Part shown: in pieces, positions 21,135 to 29,435 of the stretch
Numbering within the stretch: position 1 is the stretch's first letter
How the letters are laid out: each line of letters begins with the position of its first letter
Origin: Candidatus Saccharimonadota bacterium
GTDB taxonomy: Bacteria > Pseudomonadota > Gammaproteobacteria > Enterobacterales > Enterobacteriaceae
Assembly (NCBI GenBank): GCA_000217635.1
Contig: CP001817.1
Coordinates: 30,001 to 62,000 of the forward strand
Length of the DNA: 32,000 nucleotides
Direction of reading: 5' to 3'
Translations under genes and position numbers: made by a program
Notes under the pieces: generated by a model
Told to the model about the DNA's origin: nothing
The model's database searches: none
The model's input: only the letters and a program-made list of their open reading frames with translations

Positions 21135-22844
21135 ATGGAAATGAAAAATAAAATTATTGCAAAAGAAGATATTAAATATTGGGATAATATTTTTTTGTTA
21201 TTTATTAAAAAATTTTCAATTTTTTATGATTAGTTTTTCTGTTTTTTTATCTTTTATAATTGTATTTTTTTTATGGTTTAATACAATTAATTATGTTGTG
21301 TTATATAATCATTTGTCTGATAAAGATGAATTTTGGGTAATATCACAATTGCAATCTATGAAAATTCCATATAAATTTAATAATATTACTGGAGCTCTTT
21401 TAGTTCCGGAAAATAAAATACATGAGTTACGTTTTCAATTATTAAATAATAATTTAAATAAAGAAAAAATTTATGGTTTTGATTTTTTAAATAATGATAA
21501 ATTTAATGTAGGTCAATTTAATGAAAATTTAAATTATCATCGAGGATTAGAAGGTGAATTATCAAAAACGTTAATGAATATTTTTCCTATTAAATATGCT
21601 CGCGTACATTTATCTTATCAAAAAGATACTAATTTTTTACAAAAAAAAGAGATACCATCAGTCTCTATTGTAATTACTTTGTACCCTAATACTTGTTTAA
21701 AAAAAAATCAAGTCAATTCCATTATTTCCCTAATTACAGGTAGTATAACTAATTTATCTTCGGATCATATTGTAATTGTTGATCAAAATGGAACTTTATT
21801 AAATCAATTATTTTTAAATAAAAAACGATTTTTTAATAATAATATACAAAAACACGCAGATTTTTTAAAAGATTATTATTGGAATCGTATTAACAAAGCT
21901 TTAAAGCCTCTTTTGGGTTCGAAAAATTTTTTTATTCAAATTACTCCGTATATTATGTCATATGTAAAAAAAAATAATATGATATATAAAAATAAAAAAA
22001 ATAAAAGTAAAGCTGTTAATCTATTAAATTTAGTTCCGGATTATTTAAATAATTTAGGAATTTCAAAAAAAAATAATTCTTTAAAAAATATTTCTTCGCA
22101 TAATATATCTAAAAATATTAATGATGTTAATCTGATAAAGGTAAATAAAAATATTAATTCTAAAGCTATTACTAAAAATTATATAATTAATAAAGAACAT
22201 TCAGGAAACTTCAATACATCAAAATTGATAGATCATAGTCAATTTAATAATAATAACGTATATATGAAAAAAAATCATATAATAACGCGTGATGTAAATT
22301 TTTATGAACGTATATTAAATAATAAATTTATTCATTTTTCAATTAAAATATTAGCGAATTACAAAAAAAATGATTTAGGGATTTTAGTTCCATTGACAGA
22401 AAAAGAAAAAGAAAATATTAAAACGATTATTAAGTCAGTAGTAAACTTTTCACATAAACATGGAGATATTTTAGAAATAATAAATATGTTATTTTTTCAA
22501 CCTCATAAATCTACTCATATGTATTCTTTATTTGATTATAAAAATTTTTTTATATCTTATAAATGGACTTTTGTTTTTTTATTTTTATTTCTTTTTTTCT
22601 TTTTTGTGTTAAGAAAAATTTTTTTAATATATATAAAAAGAAATAATATAATGAAAAAAGAACCATTAAAAAATAAAGATAATTTATCTACAGTTTTTGT
22701 TACACAAAAATTATGTTCTACAGAGGTAAAAGAAAAAAATATTTTATTAAATTCACAATATTTTTTTAAAAATAAAAAAAATTGGATATTGATCCTAAAA
22801 TTATCGCAAAAGTTCTTCGGTTATGGATGAAAAATAAAAAATGA
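21135..22844 (+). CDS. fliF: flagellar MS-ring protein FliF; 3' end frameshifted in an A8 tract (22774-22781), 5' start ambiguous (ATG 21135 + shift, TTG 21157, or ATG 21226)
   Basis: The body aligns with E. coli FliF (NHLSDKDEFWVISQLQSMKIPYKF vs SNLSDQDGGAIVAQLTQMNIPYRF; FNENLNYHRGLEGELSKT vs FSEQVNYQRALEGELART; ARVHL). The track ORF ends ...NWILILKLSQKFFGYG*, but the -1 frame after the A8 tract reads LDIDPKIIAKVLRLWMKNKK*, matching E. coli DNDPRVVALVIRQWMSNDHE. That frame ends in an ATGA overlap with fliG. Confidence 0.9.
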
Positions 22845-23813
22845 AATTAAATAATATTCAAAAAAGTGCGCTTTTTCTGATGTCTATCGATATTAATGAA
22901 GCTGTACAAACCTTAGAATATTTTTCTGAAAAAGAAATTTTTCAATTAACACAAGCTATGTTATCTCTCGATACTCGAGAATCTTATAATATTTCGAATA
23001 TAAAAAAAGAATTTTATTATTTTTTAAAGGAGAATAATATTTCTTATTTTAATATTCAGAAAAATATATCTGTATTAATACAAAAAAGGTTAGGTAAAAA
23101 AAAAGGATGCATATTTTTGCAAGATAGTTTATTAAAAATGTCTATTCAAAAAAAGATTGTTTTTTTAGAAAAATTAGATATTCATGATCTATTTTTTTTA
23201 ATTTTTAAGGAACATGAACAAATAATTACAGTTTTATTAATATATTTTTCTAAACTAATATCAGCTAAATTATTATTATTATTTAATTTTAAAAAACGAT
23301 CTATTTTTTTAATAGGCATAGAAAATTTTATAGCGTTAAGTAAAAAAGGTTTGTTAGAATTTAATAAAATTCTTAGAAATTTAATAGAAAAATATACAAA
23401 ATCTGTGATGATTAAAAAAAATACTAAACATATTGTAGGAATTTTACAGTCTTTTGATAAAAAAAATATAAAAGATATTTTAAATAACATTAATAGGGTA
23501 GATAAAAAATTAGTATATAAAATAAATAGTCTTTTGTTTGATTGGAGTGATTTAATTAATATTAGTGATTATGATATTAAATTTATTATTCAAAATATTG
23601 ATATAAAAATATTATATAAAGGATTAAAAGAAATAGATGATGTTATAATTAATAGATTTTATAAAAATTTTTCAGAGTTACAAAAAAAATATTTTTATAA
23701 AAAAAATATAAAAATAAAAATATTTCTAATGTTCAATTCTCTATATTTAAAAAAAATTATTTAATATTATTAAAAATTTTATAAAATTAGGAAAAATATT
23801 TATAAATCAATAA
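22841..23813 (+). CDS. fliG: flagellar rotor/switch protein FliG; C-terminal about 40 codons spread over three frames by two A8 tracts (23699-23706, 23749-23756); track ORF ends at 23764
   Basis: The N-terminus KSALFLMSIDINEAVQTLEYFSEKEIFQLTQAM aligns with E. coli [33 protein letters not shown]. After the first tract the -1 frame gives NISNVQFSIF (cf. RLSQVENEQKA). After the second tract a further -1 frame gives LFNIIKNFIKLGKIFINQ* (cf. ILLIVRRLAETGEMVIG). Confidence 0.85.
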
Positions 23814-23825
23814 TAGGTAATATGT

Positions 23826-24509
23826 ATGAATAACTCTATAAAAAAAAAAAATTGGAAACATTGGAGTCCCGATTCATTATCATCACATCATCCAAAACAT
23901 ATTTTACCTCAAAGATTAAGTATAATAAAAAATACTTCAATTAATATTGATAAACAAAAAAAATTAACGAAAAAAATGTTAAAAAAATACTTGAAAGGGT
24001 ATAAAATTGGATTTGATCAAGGTTATAAAAGTGGATGGTTTCAAGGTTTTAATTCCATTACTCAATCTCATTTTAATAATTATGAAAAATATTTAAAAAT
24101 TTATTTTTTAAATATATTAAAAGAATTTAACAAATCTATTGATGATTTAGACAGTAAAGTAGAGCTAAAAATATTAAAAATAATAGTGACAATATCTAAA
24201 ATTATTTTTTCTAAAACATTATTAATTAATACAACAATAATATTAGATAAAATAAAAAATATAATACAATGTATTAAAAATTCATTAAAAAATCCTAAAC
24301 TATTCATTCATCCATTAAAAAGAAAATTGATCGAAGAAAAATTTGGTACGTTATTAAAATTATACAATTGGAAATTAATAGATGATATGAAAATTAATAT
24401 AAATAGTTGTTATATTCTTACTGATGAAGGTGAAGTAGATGCTACAGTAGAACGGTGTTGGAATGAAATAGAAAGTATATTACTTTTACGGAATGATAAA
24501 AAAATATGA
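23826..24509 (+). CDS. fliH: flagellar export ATPase regulator FliH
   Basis: 227-aa ORF. WKHWSPDSL matches E. coli WKTWTPDDL. The GYxxGxxxG repeats and the C-terminal EGEVDATVERCWNEI (cf. EGDLDASVATRWQEL) are present. It carries an in-frame A12 tract at 23840-23851. Confidence 0.9.
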   Translation: MNNSIKKKNWKHWSPDSLSSHHPKHILPQRLSIIKNTSINIDKQKKLTKKMLKKYLKGYKIGFDQGYKSGWFQGFNSITQSHFNNYEKYLKIYFLNILKEFNKSIDDLDSKVELKILKIIVTISKIIFSKTLLINTTIILDKIKNIIQCIKNSLKNPKLFIHPLKRKLIEEKFGTLLKLYNWKLIDDMKININSCYILTDEGEVDATVERCWNEIESILLLRNDKKI

Positions 24510-25876
24510 TGTGTAAAAAAAATAAATGGGTTGATAAATTAAATAATATTGAAAAAAAAATTAATGTTGTGTCTAATTTTATTATTATTGGTTATATTAT
24601 AAGTGCAAATAATTTTTTAATTGAAGCAACAGGTATTAGATTACCTATTGGAAAATTTTGTTTTGTTGAAAATAATGATTTTAGCAAGATTCCTAAAATT
24701 ATTTGTAAAATTATTGGTTTTTCTAAAAAAAAAATTTTTTTAATGCCGCTTTATTCTATGAGAGGTATATTCCCGGGAGCTAAAGTATATACATATTCTT
24801 TATTAAATAGTGATACATTATTTTCTGATAAATTACCTTTTTCTTATCAATTGCTAGGTCGTGTACTTGATAGTTTTGGTTTTCCTTTAGATGGTTTTAA
24901 TAAAATTAATACAAATGATTATCGAACTATACATTCAAATCCAGTAAATCCTTTAAATCGGGCGCCTATTAAAGAAATTTTTGATACCGGTGTGTGTTCA
25001 ATTAATAGTTTATTAACAATGGGTAGAGGACAAAGAATTGGGATTTTTGCAAGAGCTGGTGTAGGTAAAAGTATGTTGTTAGGGATGATAGCACGACATT
25101 CTAAAGTAGATATTATTATCATTACATTAGTAGGAGAAAGAGGAAGAGAAGTCAATGAATTTATTAACAATATATTAGGTCCTGATAGTCTTAAAAAATC
25201 AGTTGTAATTGTTTCTTCAGCCGGGACTTCTCCTTTATTTAGAGTTCAAGCGGTACAATATGCTACGTCTATAGCGGAGTATTTTTGTGAAAAAAATAAT
25301 AATGTTTTATTAATTGTAGATTCATTAACTCGGTATGCAATGGCATATAGAGAAATTTCATTGTCTATTAATGAAATACCTATAGCTAAAGGATATCCGG
25401 CCTCTATTTTTTCTAATATTCCACAATTAATTGAAAGAACGGGTAATATCTCTAAAAATTTCGGTTCTATTACTGCTATTTATACTGTTCTTACAGAAGG
25501 TGATGAATTTAATGATCCGGTTTTAGATATAGCAAAATCAATATTAGATGGGCATATTTTTTTATCTAATGAATTAGCAGATTCGGGACATTATCCTGCA
25601 ATAGATATTCAAAAATCTATTAGTAGAGTAATGACATCAATTATTTGCTCTCAACATAAAAAAAGTTCTAGTTATATTAAAAAATTAATTTCATGTTATT
25701 TATCACATAAAGAATTAATCGATTTAGGAGCTTATAGTATAGGAACTAATCATTTTTTAGATATAGCAATAAAAATTTGGCCAATATTGAATAAATTTCT
25801 TCAACAGGATTTTTTGGAACATTGTTCATACCAATATTCTCTTGAAAAATTAGAAGATTTATTAAAAAATATCTAA
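24506..25876 (+). CDS. fliI: flagellum-specific type III export ATPase FliI
   Basis: 456-aa ORF with an ATGA overlap to fliH. Walker A is GIFARAGVGKSMLLGMIAR. Also present are LVGERGREV, LLIVDSLTRYAMAYREISL, TVLTEGDEFNDP and GHYPAIDI. Confidence 0.97.
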   Translation: MMCKKNKWVDKLNNIEKKINVVSNFIIIGYIISANNFLIEATGIRLPIGKFCFVENNDFSKIPKIICKIIGFSKKKIFLMPLYSMRGIFPGAKVYTYSLLNSDTLFSDKLPFSYQLLGRVLDSFGFPLDGFNKINTNDYRTIHSNPVNPLNRAPIKEIFDTGVCSINSLLTMGRGQRIGIFARAGVGKSMLLGMIARHSKVDIIIITLVGERGREVNEFINNILGPDSLKKSVVIVSSAGTSPLFRVQAVQYATSIAEYFCEKNNNVLLIVDSLTRYAMAYREISLSINEIPIAKGYPASIFSNIPQLIERTGNISKNFGSITAIYTVLTEGDEFNDPVLDIAKSILDGHIFLSNELADSGHYPAIDIQKSISRVMTSIICSQHKKSSSYIKKLISCYLSHKELIDLGAYSIGTNHFLDIAIKIWPILNKFLQQDFLEHCSYQYSLEKLEDLLKNI

Positions 25877-25903
25877 AAAAATTTATTAATTTTAGGAAAA
25901 GAT

Positions 25904-26361
25904 ATGAAAAGTAGTTATTTAAAAACATTACTATATTTAAAAAAAAATCTCAATTGTCGATTAGAAAAAATATGTATATAATAAAAGATTATGTAGATAA
26001 AAAAAAAATTTTTAATCAAATATTACAATTAAAAAAATATTATGATGAATATTATAATAATTTATATAAATCTCTTATTCATAAGGGAATTATTCAGTAT
26101 CAAGTGAAAGTATATAGAAAATTTCTATATATGTTACAAACGGTTATTTTAAAGCAACAACAATATATTGCATATTATAATAAACAATTAAGTATTACTC
26201 GAAACTTACATAAAAATATGTATATGTATTTTAAAAAATTGTGTATTTTAGAGTCACATATATATCAAAATATACGAAGAATTATGATATTAAAGGAACA
26301 ACGTATATCTGATATTTTAATTGAATCATTTTCATATATTAAAAAAATATTAAATAAGTAA
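25904..26361 (+). CDS. fliJ: flagellar export chaperone/stalk protein FliJ; 5' end in a different frame, joined through an A9 (25939-25947) or A6 (25965-25970) tract; track ORF starts at TTG 25954
   Basis: AGGAAAAG + ATG 25904 opens MKSSYLKTLLYLKKNLNCRLEKICI* (cf. E. coli ALATLKDLAEKEVEDAARLL). The track frame continues ...LQLKKYYDEYYNNL (cf. LKMLIDYQNEYRNNL). The joined length of about 152 aa fits FliJ (147 aa), and the position after fliI fits. Confidence 0.7.
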
Positions 26362-26540
26362 TGATTTATATATTTATAAAAATAAGAAAAAAAATTTATT
26401 ATATATTGCGTTTATTTTGTATTTTATATTTTATAATATATATTATATAACTCTCTGATTTTTAAAATCTATTTGAAAAACTTTAAAAAATATTATTTAT
26501 TTGCGAGGTAATATGTTAAAAAAAATTTTTTTTAAATGAT

Positions 26541-27494
26541 ATGAAATTAATTTATGATAATATTCAATTTTCATATCAAAAAAGTTCTATAAATTTAGAT
26601 AATAAAAATATTTCAGATTTTCAGAATAGTGAGTTATTAAAAAAATTTTTATTAAATAGAAAAATTTCATCTTTTAAAAATTTATATGATAATTTATCTT
26701 TAATGTTTAAAAATATATTTAAAAAAAATTTATCTATATTATTTGAATTTACTTATTTATATTTTGAGTATAATAATCAATATCATATAAAACAAATATT
26801 AGTAGAAGAAGAAAGTAATATTTTTCAGTTAAGTCATTCAAAAGAATATTGCATATTAATGGTGCCTCATAATTTTTTTTCTATTTGCACTTATGTTTTA
26901 TTTGGGGGGGGTAACTTAGTTATATATAAAAAACATATATATGATAGTAATAAAATTAATAATCATTTAATTATAAATACTGTATTTGAATCTTTATTTA
27001 TAACAATTAATAGTTTTTTAAAAAAATTTTTTTGTTGTTCTATTAAATATATTTTTAAAAATCAATGTACTACAAAAAATTTTTTTAAAAATAATACTTT
27101 AGATGATTATTTGTTTTTTTTATTTCAAGTGACTTATAAAAATATTAAAGATGTGATTAAAATTTGTATACCGAAAAGTATTTTGTATCATATATCTTTC
27201 AAACCGTATCATAATTATCTTATTTTTAAAAAAAATATTAAAAATATTTGGAATAAAAAAATAGAACATAATATAAAATCGTATATCATATCTTTAAAAG
27301 TAAATGTAATAAGTTATACGATATCATTATCTTATTTTTTAAATTTAAAGGTAGGTGATATATTTTACATTAAAATAATAAAAGATGTATTTGGTTTTAT
27401 TAATGGACAATTATTTTTATTAGGAAAATATGGTATATATCATGGTTATCGTTCATTATATTTTAAACAATTTATTAATAAAGAGGATAAATAT
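26541..27494 (+). CDS. fliM: flagellar C-ring protein FliM-like segment; no stop codon before fliN, so it reads through in frame (single 454-aa ORF 26541..27905)
   Basis: VPHNFFSICTYVLFGGGN aligns with E. coli FSPSLVFIAVDNLFGGDG. LSYFLNLKVGDIFYI...INGQLFLLGKYGIYHGYRSLYFKQFIN aligns with LSQILKLNPGDVLPI...VDGVPVLTSQYGTLNGQYALRIEHLIN. No CheY-binding LSQAEIDALL-type N-terminus is seen. Confidence 0.85.
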
Positions 27495-27905
27495 ATGGAA
27501 CAGAAAGGTTCTATCATGGTTTCAAAAGATAATGAATCTATTATAGAAAAAATAATAAATCAAGAACAAAAGAATAATAAAACATGTAAAAATAAATTAT
27601 TGAATCAAGAGAAATTATTAGATAATATCTCTAAATCTAAAAGTAATTTTTTAGATTTTATAAAAAAAATGAAACCTTTTATGGATATTCCTATTGCTAT
27701 TAAAATTGAATTAGGTACAAAAAAATTAAGTTTAAAAAAACTTTTAAAATTATCTGAAGGATCAATCATTCAATTAAATCAAACAGATACAGTTCCATTA
27801 AAAATATTTATTAATAATTATTTCCTAGCATTAGGGGAATTAGTAATGATTAACGAAGAATATGGGGTACGTATTATAAAGCTTATAGAAAACGTAGTAA
27901 TATAA
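27495..27905 (+). CDS. fliN: flagellar C-ring/export-gate protein FliN (own RBS and ATG, in frame with upstream fliM)
   Basis: AAGAGGA (27481-27487) lies 7 nt upstream of ATG 27495. MDIPIAIKIELGTKKLSLKKLLKLSEGSIIQLNQTDTVPLKIFINNYFLALGELVMINEEYGVRI aligns with E. coli MDIPVKLTVELGRTRMTIKELLRLSQGSVVALDGLAGEPLDILINGYLIAQGEVVVVADKYGVRI. Confidence 0.92.
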   Translation: MEQKGSIMVSKDNESIIEKIINQEQKNNKTCKNKLLNQEKLLDNISKSKSNFLDFIKKMKPFMDIPIAIKIELGTKKLSLKKLLKLSEGSIIQLNQTDTVPLKIFINNYFLALGELVMINEEYGVRIIKLIENVVI

Positions 27906-27981
27906 ATTATTTAAATATAAATAAGATTTAATTCACTATATTGATATCATTAAAAATAGAATTTTTAAAGAAAATAAAAAT

Positions 27982-28254
27982 ATGACTAATAATCAATTGA
28001 TATATCATTTTACACACGCGTTACTCTATGTTTTAGTGATTATTTTTGTAATTTTTTTTTTATATAAAACAATCAATAACTTTAAAAATATAGAACAAGA
28101 TGAAGCAATATATATTGTTGATAGAATTTATTTAAATTCTTCTCATTTTATTTGCGTAGTAAAAATCTATAATAAAAATTTTGTATTAGCTGTTACGCCA
28201 TATAAAATTACTATTTTACATATATCCTCAAAATTAAAAAAACACTCTGATTAA
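27982..28254 (+). CDS. fliO: probable flagellar export-gate assembly protein FliO
   Basis: 90-aa ORF between fliN and fliP with one N-terminal TM helix (LLYVLVIIFVIFFLY). IYIVDRIYLNSSHFICVVKIYNKNFVLAVTPYKITILHISSKL resembles E. coli FliO LKISASASLGARERVVVVDVEDARLVLGVTAGQINLLHKL. Confidence 0.6.
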   Translation: MTNNQLIYHFTHALLYVLVIIFVIFFLYKTINNFKNIEQDEAIYIVDRIYLNSSHFICVVKIYNKNFVLAVTPYKITILHISSKLKKHSD

Positions 28255-28334
28255 AGAGATAATCAAAGTTATTTTAAAAAAATATATTAAGTATCAATAA
28301 AACAAATTTTCAATAAATTTAGGTAAAATATTTA

Positions 28335-29075
28335 ATGTTTATTAAATTAACGAGTTTATTTTTTTTTATTGCACTATATCCTTCTATATCGTCTGCTACT
28401 GTTTCTTTTGAATCGATGTTTCATTTAATTAATCAAGGTACAAATTTTTGGACGTTTTCTATCGAAACATTTATTTTTTTTACGTTACTAAGTTTTATTT
28501 CGGCAGGTTTGTTAATGATGACTAGTTTTACTCGGATTATTATTGTATTTAGTTTATTAAGAAATGCATTAGGTACACCATATTCTCCTCCTAATCAAGT
28601 TCTTGTAGGACTTTCTTTATTTCTTACGTTTTTTATTATGTCACCTGTTCTTGATAAAATTTATCATACAGCCTATATTCCTTTTCAGAAAGAAAATATT
28701 AGTTTAGAAATTGCATTAAAACGTTCTATTATCCCTATACATAATTTTATGAAACGGCAAACTAAATCTTCCGATTTATTGCTATTTTTTGATTTAGCAA
28801 AAATTCCATATGTTAAAAAAAAATCACTAATTCCTATGAGAATTTTATTACCAGCTTATATGATTAGTGAGTTAAAAACCGCTTTTCAAATTGGTTTTAC
28901 AATTTTTATACCTTTTTTAATTATTGATTTAGTGGTTGCCAGCGTATTAATGGCTTTAGGTATGATGATGGTTTCACCTTCTACAATTTCTTTACCATTT
29001 AAGTTAATTTTATTTGTTTTAGCCGATGGTTGGCGTTTATTAATTATGTCATTATCTCAAAGTTTTTTAACTTAA
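28335..29075 (+). CDS. fliP: flagellar export-gate protein FliP
   Basis: 246-aa [50 protein letters not shown] and [46 protein letters not shown] are nearly identical to E. coli FliP. Confidence 0.97.
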   Translation: MFIKLTSLFFFIALYPSISSATVSFESMFHLINQGTNFWTFSIETFIFFTLLSFISAGLLMMTSFTRIIIVFSLLRNALGTPYSPPNQVLVGLSLFLTFFIMSPVLDKIYHTAYIPFQKENISLEIALKRSIIPIHNFMKRQTKSSDLLLFFDLAKIPYVKKKSLIPMRILLPAYMISELKTAFQIGFTIFIPFLIIDLVVASVLMALGMMMVSPSTISLPFKLILFVLADGWRLLIMSLSQSFLT

Positions 29076-29159
29076 ATGTTTAAGAATAAATAATTTAAAT
29101 TAATTATAGTATTTACGATAGTAAAATTATATATTTTTAATACATAGGATTATATTATA

Positions 29160-29435
29160 ATGAATCAAGAATTTATTATACAATTATTACATTCATCTGT
29201 TAAAGTGGGGTTATTATTGTCTGCGCCGTTTTTACTGGCTACATTAATTAGTGGATTGATTATTAGTATTTTTCAAGCAGTGACTCAAATTAATGAACAA
29301 ACATTATCTTTTATACCAAAAATAATTTCGGTTTTTATTTCAGGAATTATTTTTGGGCCCTGGATGTTAAAAGTTATGATTGATTATATGCAAAATATTT
29401 TTCGTGTAGTACCAAAAATTGTTTTATTAATATGA
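29160..29435 (+). CDS. fliQ: flagellar export-gate protein FliQ
   Basis: 91-aa ORF. ISGLIISIFQAVTQINEQTLSFIPKIISVF aligns with E. coli VTGLIISILQAATQINEMTLSFIPKIIAVF. Confidence 0.96.
   Translation: MNQEFIIQLLHSSVKVGLLLSAPFLLATLISGLIISIFQAVTQINEQTLSFIPKIISVFISGIIFGPWMLKVMIDYMQNIFRVVPKIVLLI

Noticed and set aside
23182-25928. Minus-strand ORFs 23182-23490, 24101-24307, 24919-25170 and 25746-25928
   Set aside because: All are antisense shadows of fliG, fliH, fliI and the fliI/fliJ junction, and all have low-complexity composition.
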